Below, in pieces: positions 1-12,818 of a DNA stretch of 64,000 nucleotides. The DNA comes from Camelus dromedarius. Its lineage: Eukaryota. Each line of letters opens with the position of its first letter. Within the stretch, counting starts at the first letter, position 1. The position numbers and the translations under genes are program-made. Location: positions 39,620,001 to 39,684,000 of the forward strand of contig NC_087436.1 of NCBI RefSeq assembly GCF_036321535.1. The letters are read 5' to 3'. Below the pieces are notes generated by a model that worked only from the letters and a program-made list of their open reading frames with translations, ran no database searches and was not told the origin of the DNA.

Positions 1-272
1 TCTGACCACAATGTCATGTAACTAAATCTTATGAGTGTCTGGTGAAGTTCCTCTTAAATGAGACCCCTCTAAGCATTAAGTACCCAATACAAACTCAAAA
101 GTCACATACTGAAAGGGGGCATTACCAAGTTGTTCTAATGGTCACATAGAAAAATCTGCTTAAAAAGTGCCAATATGCCAAAAACCTCTAAGACATTCTC
201 AACATAAAAAGCCAGTCATTTCTATAGTCAGTTTACATTAGTTCATTGTTATGTTCAAAGTAAGTTACTTAC

Positions 273-427
273 TAAGGCGAATTTTTTGTTGAGAATCATC
301 TGCTCCACCAAAGATGACTCATTATGGAAGAGGTGGGGCTGCATGTGGCTCCACATGTGTGGAAACCACCAGAACTCATCCACAGATCCCAACAGATGGT
401 CATCCCCTTCATCTTCCTCTTCAGTTC
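273..427 (-). CDS. NDST3: NDST3 coding exon 3 (gene exon 4), 155 nt: (G)[51 protein letters not shown]
   Basis: Manual minus-strand translation (absent from the ORF track) gives the NDST-family [13 protein letters not shown] deacetylase motif. Acceptor ccaacccaag|GA at 428/427, donor TTA|gtaagt at 273/272. The phase matches the upstream exon (G+GA = Gly). Confidence 0.96.
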
Positions 428-2207
428 CTTGGGTTGGGGGGGAAGAGGGGGAAGATTATTCAGTTAATTTCAGTTACACTAATCGTCTGTTTATCTGTCT
501 ATATATCTGTCTATATATCAATCCACCCATCCATCCAATTATATATTTAGAAGTTACCATTTATACTATCTTCAATACATATAATTGAACATGAAATGTA
601 ACAAAGGAAAATACATGCCTCGAGGAACAACCAGAGAGTGTGATACAGTTCCTTTAAAAGTTTTTAAACATGAGATATGGCTGTAAAATCACTGCAAGAT
701 GGACGTACAGAACCATTCCCAAGGATGTTAGAACTTTTAACCTTTAGCATCTTTGTGTAATTTGTAGTTTGGAGAGAATAGGGGCTGAGCAGGGAATGCA
801 ATCAAGGGGATGTGAGTGAGGAAATGTACAGCAGAGCCCCAACAGTAAATCGTTCTGATGGGTTGTGACACAACAGTCTCAACAAAATAATTCCATAATT
901 TATCTGGTTTACTCCTTAAGTCTGAGATGCAGCTGCTCAGTCATATTTAGAGAAAACTAAGGCACAAAAAGGAGAAAAGGGGGAAATGTAGCAACTGTTA
1001 TTGGGAAAACTAGAGAAAACTGAAGGGAAGAAAGAAGAAAGGATGACAGTGATGAAAAGAAGCTGAGAAGTGGTGAAGTCAGAGTGAAACCTTCCAAGCT
1101 GCTCCTTGGTGGTACTCCTGCTCCTCATGCTCATCCTTTCTGTCAAGTTCTTGGAAGCAGACTTTCCACCAAGAAACTTCTATTTCCCTGAAAGTCAAAG
1201 CTTTGTTGTTGTTCTTCTGGTTTTTCAAACATGGGTTTGTTTTATTTCCTCCATTCTCCCTGACCTGCAGTTTAGTTGCGTGTGGGAAGTCACAGCTCTC
1301 TTAACTTGCCTGCAAGGGTAGGAGTTTCTTTTTGTACTTCCCCAGGCACAGTTTGCTAAAGCATGAAATCAGAGCAGTGTAAGGGGCCTGTCCTGGCATA
1401 GCATAAGATGATTATTAATCATTACAAAATTAGGCAGCTGCACTTGAATTTCAGCCACAACACTGAATCTAATAAGGTCCTAGAATAGTGGATTCTTCAC
1501 ATGATGTCTGATTTGGGTGAAGAAACGCTCTCTCCTGTTTTCAATAGTAGTTCTGATGTGACTGGTTTTAATAGGATCCTACAGGCTAAAGATGGAGGAT
1601 GGGCTGCTGCCCTGGCCCAGCCAACTGAGCCCAGTGCTTGTTACCACTGTTCTCTCATTTAATTTTTCCAAGAGAAGGAAGGCAGAGCCTACTGGCAGGA
1701 AAAGAATCAGATCTGATGATTTATTGGGCAATAAAGGAGATTTACCAAGGATAAAGTTGTAGTATGAGGCTGCTTGTTTGCTCTAATTTATGCAGGAGGG
1801 ACAAGATTATATAGAATGAGTGGAATAATAATCCTTCAACAAGGACCGTCTTCAATGTCACTTTCCTATGCTTAGGTACTCTGCTGATATGAAGGAATTT
1901 TTTTTTCTCTCTCTCTAAAGAGCATCTTTAAATCTAATCTGTTTTATTTCCCTTAAGTTTTTCCTCTTCATCATACACTCCTGTTACCATAGTATAGTTG
2001 AATAAGTATAGCCTTTGGAGTCAGATGTTTTTAGGTTATTTGTAGGTTCCAACACATTTGAGTTGTGTGACTGTGGGCAAGTCACATAACCCCTTTAATG
2101 TTGGTATTCATGCAGGCAGAAATATGGACAGCAGTACCTATTTTATTCTTTCTGGGAACAAGTGTCTGCACAGTCCTGTCACACTGGGTAATCTAAAATG
2201 CCTATTT

Positions 2208-2773
2208 ATTTATTTATACTTTTTTTCTTGAAGTACAGTCAGTTACAGTATGTCAATTTCTGGGGTACAGCATAATGTTTCAGTGATACATAGACATACA
2301 TTTATTTGTTTTCATATTCTTTTTCATTATACATTACTACAAGATATTGAATATAGTTCCATCTGCTATACAGAAGAAACTTGTTGTTTATCCATTTTAT
2401 ATATAGTAGTTAGTATCTGCAAATCATGAACTCCCAGTTTATCCCTTCCCAGTCCCCTCCCCCCGGTAACCATAGTTTGTTTTCTATGTCTGTGAGTCTG
2501 TTTCTGTTTTGTAAATAAGTTCATTTGTGTCTTTTTTTTTTTTAAGATTCCATATATAAGTGATATCATATGGTATTTTTCTTTCTCTTTCTGGCTTTCT
2601 TCACTTAGAATGACGATCTCCAGCTCCATCCATGTTGCTGCAAATGGCACTATTTTATTCTTTTTTATGGCTGAGTAGTATTCCATTGTATAAATATACC
2701 AAACTTCTTTATCCAGTCATCTGTCAATAGACATTTAGGTTGTTTCCATGTCTTGGTTATTGTAAATAGTGCT
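2208..2773 (-). mobile_element. 5'-truncated L1 (ORF2 C-terminus + 3' UTR), lineage-type
   Basis: ORF 2366..2686 begins MEYYSAIKKNKIVPFAATWMELE (L1 ORF2 C-terminus). T-rich tail. Imperfect TSD taaaatgcctattt (2194) / taaaatgtccattt (2774). Confidence 0.9.
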
Positions 2774-5700
2774 TAAAATGTCCATTTTTTCCCCCTCCTA
2801 TATTTCCTGTTCCTGTTTGTCTTGTGTCTCTTATGTGTCTCCTTTTGTGTGTGTGTTTAGCTGTAATACCGCATGGGGTGGAGGTGGGTCTCCCCTGAAT
2901 GTTATGTGGCAGAGAGGACACTGTATTTAAGAAGTTAAGAACTGATCAAGCTATTGTATTAACTAATTGCCCTGATTAATGAGTCACCAACATCGAGCAT
3001 TCTTGGGGCTTCTGAGTAACTATCTTATAGCTCAGGGAGGCCTTCTAGAGAGAACTGCAAAGGAATAGCAGATGGAGTTAGGGGTTTAGAATCTCTGATG
3101 ACTCCAATCATGGCAAAGTCTTGGGTCCTGTTAGCTTTTAGGTAATAAATAAGGCAGCCCTGGTAGAGAAACACTGGTGACATGTGACTGGTGATGCCTT
3201 AATACTTTTTTTATTTTTATTTTTTGACATAGGGATGACATTTGGATTCCCTACAATTAAACATCTCAGCTTACGTATGCTCCTCTTGCTTAATATTTTG
3301 TATGTCCTCAGGACAGCATATTGATTAAAATTACAGTCAGTTACCTGTTGAAACTTTACTTTTCCGTACTGAAAACAGCAGATGTCTCTTGGGGTTTCCC
3401 AGTAAACAGTTCATTTCTGATTTCCAAATCCCCTGGGTAAAGTGAGCTGAGATTTCCTTGTTTATGAAAAGTCACCCCTCCTACCACCTTTAATCTCTAT
3501 TCCTTGTCCTCTATAATTCCTATCTTTCCCTGCATCCTTGTTACCTCTATTCATTTTTCTAGTTGGCCTTCACCCAAAGCTTATTTATCAGGACATTGCA
3601 ACAGATTTCAGAGTTCTTTGGAACGAAAGCTCAGGAATTTGTTGTCCTTCCCTGAATATTATGGTGAAATCTGGTATTAAAATATTCATACATTTTAATC
3701 ATGCAGCAGTTAGACAAACGACGTCTGCCCTCTGACAGATTTATGTAAATTCATAGTAGGCATAATTGTACGCCTCTCTTTTTTTCTTTATTACTCTTTC
3801 TTATCTGATTTCCTTTAATCCTACTTTGGGGATGTTTTATATCAGAATTAATTATATTGAGAACAAGTGTCTATTGCTTATTACTTTAAACCTTATGATA
3901 AAAAGTAGCTGAAACAGTTGTTCATGGTTGGATTGTCCTGGCCTCTTGCCACTCCTTACACCCCCACTTTCCCTATTTCAGTCAGAACTGGAGAAAGAGA
4001 AATGAACTGGGAGTCAAATTCCACAATTTTAACTGTCATTTCTTAAGTTGTTACAAAACTATACTGAACTCTTATGATTATTGAAAATTATTTTATTATG
4101 TATCTATTTAAATAACTTATGTCTCTTCAGTATTTTATTTGTAGTATTTCCTATTCTGATATTATATTAAAAACACCATCATTGACTGAGACTGTGCTAA
4201 GTGCTTTTTAGGATCATCTTATTTAATTCTCACTCCAACCCTAGGAGCTAAGGACCTTGCTAACTCCATTTTACAGATAAGGAAATTGTTATTAGGAGAG
4301 GTAAAGTAATTTGTTCCACATCACTGGGAATGATGGGATAAATCCTGAATTCAGAGCCTAAATTCTTACCTAGATTACACATCTCCAGGGCCCTTAACTA
4401 TCATTCATGAACCAAACGTGGAGTGTAAAAATAAGATTAGGATTTACTAATTCATATAACATTGCTCTTCACATTGTTAATGAATTCTATGATTATAATT
4501 AGAATTTACAAATACTATTGGCTCTCAGTGATTTGGGAAAATATACAAACCTAAAGAACCTATAGATAAGGGGAAGTAACCTTTGCCATTCAGCTTCCTT
4601 AATCAAGGATTGACAACTGAACAACAAAAATCCATTTTTTTTCTAATGCATAAGAATTAGGCTCTGACTGACCTAAAGTTAAGACTTTTTTTTAACACTT
4701 AACTAGCTATATGAACTTGTGCCCCTCTAAGTTTATGGGTTCTTATCTAGAAAACAAGGTAACATATTCCTTAACTCCTAGGATTTGATGAAAAGGTACA
4801 TGAAAAGTGCTTAGTTAAGTACCTAAAATATGGTGTTGCTCACTAAAAGGGAACTAGGGAACTGTAATTTTTATTCCACTATATCTTTACTTCTCACAAC
4901 ATGCACAACTCCTTCAAAAACTAAAATAAATCAAACAAGATGAAACTCTCCTGAAATAAAGTCTACTATTTTGACACTGCTGTTTTCCTCCTTTTCAAGA
5001 CTGAATAAAATAAAATGTTTACTAGAAACAGAATTACTCATGTAGAAAGAAAGACAATGTAATTCAATTAAACTTTACAATACCTAATTTTTGAAGGATT
5101 CAGAATATTGATTTTTATATCTGTTCCCATTGAAAACTGATCTGACTGGTTTTAGACAACCCTGGTCAAATTTCTGTGGTAGCTTTCCTACTGTATACAG
5201 ATAAAAAAATTCTTTCAAGCCTTAGCCTATGTTCTACTTTCCCTGACTTACAGAGAGGACGTTCTTACTACGAGTTGTGGAAAGTACTCACAGCAAATAA
5301 GGAAAGAGGACAAGTCTTTGAGAAACAAGAATGAAGGAGAGCAATTGGCTAGAGTCATTCTTTAGCATTCAGTACTGGGCAAAACCTGAGTTATTAGGAG
5401 TGTTTTCTTATATTTCTATCATGTTTGGTAAAGAAAGTGTTAAATTATTCTTAATATTTAGAGTGATTTTCTTTCACAGCACAACATGCTCAAATTCTAT
5501 TCTCTAACCGTATTCCATATACATACTAATAGTTCAAATAAAGGTGACTTTATTTTCACTGAATCATTTTTTCATTCATTCCCTTTCTTCAATAGACAGT
5601 TTTACTTGCTGGTGTGACAGCAGTAAAGCCTTTGTGGAGTGTTCATTTTAGTGAGGGAAGAAAGACAACAGATAATTTAAAAATAAAATGCATTCAGTAT

Positions 5701-6712
5701 CCATTCACAATAGAACACTTCAGCCATCTAGAAATAGAAGAGAGCTTCCTTAAGTTAATAAAGAGTATCTATAAAATAGTCTATTGAAAGAATTCCCCTA
5801 AGAACAGGAACAAAACTACTGAAGTATTTCCCCTGAGGTCAGGAACAAGATATGAGTGTCACTATTACCACCTTTATTTAATATTTACTGCAGACTGAAG
5901 CTCGTGCAATAGGCAAGAAAAGAAACAAAACTCATAAAGCTCAGAAAGGAAGAAATAAAATTTTTACTCTTCAAAAATTATGTGATTGAATGGGTAGAAA
6001 ATCCAAAAGAATCTATAAACTATAGAATTAATAAATGAATGTAGCAAGGTTGCTGTATACAAGGTCAACAGACAAAATTGTTTTTTGCATAGTTGACAGA
6101 GAAATGGAAAATAAAAATTTAAAAAATACACCATTTACTAGTGCATCAAAAAACCTGCCAAGGAGTAAATATAAAAACAATAAAGTTTTATCAAGTGTAA
6201 TTAAAGAGGACCTATATATGTTAGGAATATGATATTAGAAATATGATAGGAACACTCAATGTTTAGGATACTAATTCTCCCCCAAATTAATTAATAATTT
6301 AATATAATCTCAATAAAAATAGTAGCAAGTTAATTTGTAGATACCGATAAACTGATTTTAAAATTTATATAAAAATTCAGATGGCCAAGAATTGCCAAGG
6401 CAATCTTGAAGAAGATGAACAAACTTGGGGGTTAGCAGATATTACAATGGCAGATATTCACATTAAAGTTATAGTAAACAATACAGTATAATGACACAAA
6501 TAGATCCAAAGGAAAGGAGAGTCCAGAAACAGACGTTGTGGTATGCAGAGATGTCTTTAAACAGACACAAAAAAGGAAAAAAAGATAAAGTAGACTATAA
6601 TGAAATTACTTTTGTTAAGCAAAAAGTACCAGTAGGGGTGTAAAAAGACAACCCACACATAAGGAGGAAGCATTAGCAACACATATAACTGACAGAGAGC
6701 TCATTAAGAATT

Positions 6713-6930
6713 GTATATATAAAACAGATAAACAGGTTTATACTGTATAGCACAGGGAAATATATTCAATATCTTATAGTAGCTCATGGTGACAAAGAAT
6801 ATGAAAATGAATATATGTACATTCATGTATGACTGAAGAGTTGTGCTGTACACCAGAAATTGACACAAGATTGTAAACTGCTTATAACTCAATTAAAAAA
6901 AAAAGAAAAAAAGAAAACCTCAAATAAAAA
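6713..6930 (+). mobile_element. Young L1 3' UTR fragment with poly(A)
   Basis: Near-identical to the copies at 24150-24340 and 25350-25540 (gtgctgtacaccagaaattgacaca...). A-rich tail. Confidence 0.85.
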
Positions 6931-7674
6931 GAATATATAAAAAATTTCTACAAATCAATTTAAAAAAACACCCAGGTATTTCCAAAAAGAGGATATCCAA
7001 AAGGTCAATAAATATATGAAAGAAACTCAGTTTCACTACTCATCAGTGAAACGTGCATTTAAACCATAAGATGATATTTCTACATGGCCACCAGAAAGGC
7101 TAAAATTAAAAAGACAAACAATATCAAATACTGGTGAGAATGGAGAGCAACAGGAAAACTCATAAATTGTTGGAAATATAAATTGGTACAAGCACTTTGA
7201 AAAACGGTCATTTTCTTCTAAAAGCTGATTATAAGCATCCCATGTAACTTGCAGTTCTACTCCTGGTTGATAATGAACAGAAAAGAATTCTTATGGCCTC
7301 TGAAGGACAGATGCAAAAATGTTCTTAACACAACCATTCAAAAAAAGCCGAAGACTGGAAACAACCCAAACATCTACACTGTAAAGTAATGGAATAAAGA
7401 AATTTTGGTAAATTCAAACAATGGACTACTTTAAAGTAGTAAAAATGAAAAAATTACTACTATACATAATAATATCTGTGAAACTAAAATAACATTGACC
7501 AAAACAAGCTGCACACAGAAGAGTCCATGGAATATGATTCCTTTTAAATACCTCTCAAAGCCAGGCAAGCTAATTTATGATATTAGAAGTCAGGATAGTG
7601 GTTTTCTTTGAGGGAAGCTAGTGACTATAAGGCAGCATAATGGAGGGGGTAGGTGAGATTCTGGTAGTAGTGTC

Positions 7675-8040
7675 TTTTTTTAAATTCTTATGTTTTTGTT
7701 GAAGTGTAGTCAGTTTACAATGTTAGTTTCAGGTGTACAGCAAAGTGATTCAGTTACACATATACATAGATACATATATATATTTTCAGTTTATTTTCCA
7801 TTATGGCTTATTACAAGAAATTGAATACGTTCCCTGTGCTATACATTAGGTCCTTGATTTTTAATCTGTTTTATATATAGTAATGTGTATCTGTTAATCC
7901 CAAAGTTCTAATCTGTCCCTCCCCTCCTTTTCCCCCTGGTAACCACAGTTTGTTTTCTATGTCTGCGAGTCTATTTCTGGTTTGTAAATAAAATTTGTAT
8001 CTTTTTTAAAAAATTCCACTTAAAAGTGATATCATTTGAT
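7675..8040 (-). mobile_element. L1 3' UTR fragment
   Basis: ggtgtacagcaaagtgattcagtta...ttccctgtgctatacattaggtcc pattern shared with 50975-51308. Confidence 0.8.
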
Positions 8041-8351
8041 TCTTTTTCTTGATCTGCATGCTGGATACGCAGCTTTCGCTATATTTATTACTTATGCACT
8101 TCTATATATACAAATTATAGTTCAATAGAAAAGAAAGGTCATTAGAATGTGACATGGTGAATAAACTTTCAAACTATGAACATTTTGTGAAGGTTAAAAA
8201 GTAATAGGTTAAATGAAACTGAATAATATGAAGAAAATAAAATAGGAGAGAGTCACAGGGAACATAGGAAGGTGTGAAGAGGAGGGGTCATGATTTTAAA
8301 GAGAGTGGTCAGGGAGGCCTTAATGAGGACAGTTAAGCTCCTTTTTCTTAC

Positions 8352-8439
8352 CTGTATGGTAAAATTTCCCTGAAAATCCCAGGTTGAACGTAAAATTTGT
8401 GATTTGTGCACGCAAAAGATTCTGAGTATCAAGCAGGGC
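8352..8439 (-). CDS. NDST3: NDST3 coding exon 2 (gene exon 3), 88 nt: [29 protein letters not shown](G)
   Basis: Lies inside ORF 8320..8514. Acceptor tatttcag|GCC at 8440/8439, donor ACAG|gtaaga at 8352/8351. The peptide continues directly from ...MNTNDVK of the previous exon. Confidence 0.96.
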
Positions 8440-10659
8440 CTGAAATACATAATTTAAAAAAAAATGTATCAAGTAGAGAATGGCATTGAGAGGATATCTT
8501 CCTTCAGCATTCAAAAAGTAAAACTACTCCTTTATACTTGAGAGAATTCAATGATGGAAAGTAGTTTCCTTATCACTTTATAGCTAGAGAGATGCTTTTG
8601 AGATTACATAAACCCATACATATATTTATCCTTTAGCTTGCAATAAATCAGCAAAGAGTGTCAGCTAGAAAAAGGAAATTAAGTGAAAAGTTGATTCCTC
8701 ATGTATCAAAGGAACTAGTACCTAGTACATACAATACGTCTCCTTTTACCCCCCTCAGGGACATAGTTCACCATCTGCCAAAAGAGGGAAACTCTAAGGG
8801 GAACTATGCAAGAACATATGTTGAAAGAAACAGATTGTTATTTTTCAGATGCATCTCTTGTCTTCAAAATCCAAGACTTTTCAATCTTTAAGTCTTAGAT
8901 CTCCCAAACATAGTGACTTTTCTTCAAGAATGGATATCGTGGTAAAGTAAATCTCTAATTTGCCCTTTCATTGAAAAACAGAGAGACAAACAGAATCCCT
9001 TACTTCCAAGAGTATTTTGAATCAGAGTTTTACTTGTTATATCCCATAAAGTATTTATCATGCTATGAGTATTTAATGGATTTTTTTCCTTTCTTCTTCT
9101 CCTTTTCTTTCTCATTCATATTTAAATTCCCATTCTTATATTCCTTCTCTCTCTGCCCTGCCCCCAAGTCCCTGCCCCAGACCATGGTAGTATCCACCCC
9201 AACTAGGCAGAAAGTTAACACTGAATGGTAGATGTGTAAAGGCTCTTAGTCACCACTTCTTTTACACATGAAGAAACTAAGGAGAAATGACTTGCTCATT
9301 TTTACAGATAAATTCATGGTAGATCCTAGGTTAAGGATATAGATCACCTGATTCCAAATTAGGGACTCTTTTTTTTTCCCTCTACTACACCAAATCTTTC
9401 CCCTCCTCTCCACAGTACACTGGCTGGGTCCACAACAAAACCTTTTCTTAATAGTGTAGCCAACACCTGGAAGTCCTGCCTCATCATGTTCATTCATGGT
9501 CTCAATCTTTTTGGGGGGATAAACAGATAGACATTTTATTCAGAGACCGTGCCATGATTGTATGCTTTCTCTGTGAATGCAAGTGATTCTCCTTGTGTAA
9601 AAGCAGAGGAAGAGAACTTTTGAATCTCAAATTTAAATTCATGTGACAAATGGTAAGTTTTGAAATTTAAGTATCTAAGTCTTCTTTTTCTATCCTTACT
9701 CTGTTTACATGAACAACTTCCTTTCATTTCACAACTGAACCATGTGATATGTGGGTCCTGAGGGCACTCATATATGGAAGGCAGGCCTGTTTGTGGACTT
9801 CCACACCTAACTATAGAAGCAAAAGGGTTAAACTGATGGCAGTGTCACTGGGGACTGGTTAGATCCCATCCTCACAAGGGCTAGGTACAGTTTGGGCAGG
9901 GGAAAGAGAATTTGGCTAGCTGAGGAGTGACAAAGTGAGGAATGGGACACACAACCTTGGTGTCAGGAGGTGTGGGGAGGGGTGCTGCCTGGGTGTAAGG
10001 GCTGAGCTTTTCTCTTTCTCTCCTTATGGAAGGAAAATCAGATAAGGGATCAGAAGGTATGGATTTAAATGCCAGCTCTGGGACTTAACAGTGCACTCAC
10101 TAAGGCTTGGACTCAGATTGTCTCAGCTGGAATTCTAGATCTGTTCTTATTCAGCACTATGTATGTTATCAAATTTTCCAAGCCTCAGATTCATCGTATA
10201 TAAAGTGGGAATCATAATAATTAACTAAAAACACTGTTGTGAAGATTAAGTCAGATAATTCATTTGTGCTTTGGCATAGTGACTAGTATATGATACGTGT
10301 TCAACAATTATTAGCTGCCACTCCTCTATAATTGCTGCTGCTACTATTACTACTATTAATATGGTTGTTGTTATTGTTAGTGATAGATAATAATATGTTA
10401 CCTCTCTGAACTTTCCCTTCAGTTATTAAAAGTGAAGACAATTATCTAACTCATGGAATTGTGATGAGGAATGAATATAAAAGAGGTAATATATGCAGGA
10501 GTGCTTGATAAGCTCTAACAAAATGGCATAAAATATTAGGTATTGACATTATAATTACCAGCAATATATTATATATACATGTATATGTATATAATTACAA
10601 TTATGTACATATTACTGATAATTGTATCTGTATCTATATAGTATGCATCTCTCATTTAC

Positions 10660-11925
10660 TTCTTTCTTTACTGAAATATAGTTGGTGTACAATATTATGT
10701 TAGCTTCAGGAGTACAACATAGTGATTCAGTATTTAAACACGTTATGAAATGATCAACACCCTAAGTCCAGTAACCATTTGTCCCATATAAAGTTATTAC
10801 AGTATTGTTGACCACATTCCTTATGCTATACATTACATCCCTCTGACTTATTTATTTTATAACCAGAAGTTTGTACCTCTTAATCTCACTCACATATTTT
10901 ACTCATTCCCTACCTCATCCCTGCCATCTGGCAACCACCCATTTGTTTTTTGTATCTATGAGTCTGTTTTCATTTTTTTTTTTTAGATTCCATATATAAG
11001 TGAGATCATATGGTTTTTATCTTTCTCTGTCTGGTTTATTTCACTTAGCATAATACCCTCTAGATCCATCCATGTTTTCACATGGCAAGATTTCATTCTT
11101 TTTTATGACTAATATTCCATTGCATATACATATATATACCACATCTTCTTTATGCATTCATCCATCAATGGGCCTTCCATATCTCGGCTACAATTGTATA
11201 CTGCTACAATAAACACAGCAGTGCAGTTTTCAAGTTAGTGTTTTTGTTTTCTTTGAGTAAATACCTAGAAGTGAAATTGCTGGGTCACATGGTAGTTCTG
11301 TTTTGAATTTTTTGAGGAACCTTCATACTGTTTTCCATAGTGGTTGCACTAATTTACATTCCCATCAACAATACCTGAGGGTCCCCTTTTCTCCACATCC
11401 TTGCCAGCACTTGTTATTTCTTGTCATTTTGATGATAGCCATTCTGACAGGTGTGAAGTGATATCTTATTTTGGTTTGATTTTGTATTTTCATAATAGGT
11501 TAGTGATGCTGGACATCTTTTCATATGTCTTTGGTCATCTGTATATCTTCTTTTGAAAAATGTCTATTCAGGTCCTCTGCCCATTTTTAAGTGGATTGTT
11601 TTTGGTATTGAGTTTTATGAATTCTTCACATGTTTTGGATATTAACTCTTTATTGGATATGTCATTTGCAAATATCTTCTATTCAGAAGGCTGCCTTTTC
11701 ATTTTGTTGATGGTTTTCTTCAAAAATTTGGATTGATGTAGTCCTACTTGTTTATTTTTGCTTTTGTTTCCCTTGCCTAAGGCGATGCATCCAAAATATA
11801 TTGCTAAGACTGATGTCAAAGAGCATACTACCTATGTTTTCTTCTAGAAGTTTTATGGTTTCAGGTCTAACATTTAAGTCTTTAATCTACATTGAGTATA
11901 TGGTGTAAGAAAGTAGTCATTTGCA
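10660..11925 (-). mobile_element. L1 (L1MA9-like) 3' part of ORF2 and 3' UTR
   Basis: Typical antisense L1 3' text, e.g. ccatactgttttccatagtggttgcactaatttacattccc and gccattctgacaggtgtga. Confidence 0.88.
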
Positions 11926-12770
11926 TGCTGCTGTCCACTTTCTTCTACCCAACTGAACATTCTAGTTGGCTCTTCCTATCTTTTCTTCCCCTTAGATCTT
12001 AACTTTCTTCTTTATCCATCTTACTTCATTCATTTCATTCTCTTAATTTTCTCCTTTCAGTGGTAAAAAATATGGATTAAAAGTCCATTTAAAAATTATT
12101 TCTTGTGTGTTCAATGTTTTAATCTTAAGATTGGAATAGTTTTTCTTTCTGTCTCCCTGAAAATAAAATCCCCAAACTATGGAACTTGAACTTTCCTTTG
12201 TGACTCTAGATAATTTTTTAAAATTTATATTTACAGTATTTGATAGGAAAAGAATCCAAACAAAACTATCCTGTTCTTTGGACTTAGAAGCTAAATAAAG
12301 TACCTGTGAACTAACCTCTAAATCAACTATAATACATTGATTCAAATTATAATTAGCTCTGATTTTGCAGGTTTGATGTGGCATTTTACCCATTTATTTG
12401 ATATTCTAGAAATAAACATTAAAACACATAAAAGATGTATTGAAGCAAATGGCAGATACTAATATCAAGAGTATGTATAGTGAAGAGGGAAACTTATTTC
12501 TAGATAATAGTTTATATACTTAAGCAGTAATATTTCTTATTTTTTATATTGCTTTTATGACCAAATTTTGGCAATATCTATGAGAACAATGTTATATATT
12601 TATCCATTATTTCTATATATATTTCAAAATATGCTTTTGTACCAGAAACTTGAGTACCAGCAATATCCTTAGATCACATCTTTTCTATTAAACTCTTCAT
12701 TCCTGAATGGTTTTATGCAGCATTGTTCTATTTAAAACTGAAATAGTCTATTATTCCTATAAACAAAATA

Positions 12771-12818
12771 CAAGATTGTAAAATGACTATAACTCAATAA
12801 AAAATGTTTAAAAAAAAC
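12771..12818 (+). mobile_element. Extremely 5'-truncated L1 tail (~48 bp)
   Basis: caagattgtaaaatgactataactcaataaaa matches the terminal L1 3' UTR at ~6866-6900. Flanking acaaaata repeat at 12763 and 12819. Confidence 0.6.

Larger units (their letters stand above)
5680..8135 (+). mobile_element. Old degenerate L1 (L1MC/ME-like) ORF2 3' part and 3' UTR, interrupted by two younger L1 ends
   Basis: Decayed ORF2 motifs, e.g. aggtcaggaacaagatatgagtgtcactatta, gtagcaaggttgctgtatacaaggtcaa and gactggaaacaacccaaa. Confidence 0.8.

Noticed and set aside
286..588. Plus-strand ORFs of 100 and 78 aa
   Set aside because: Antisense shadows of the NDST3 exon plus simple-repeat sequence.
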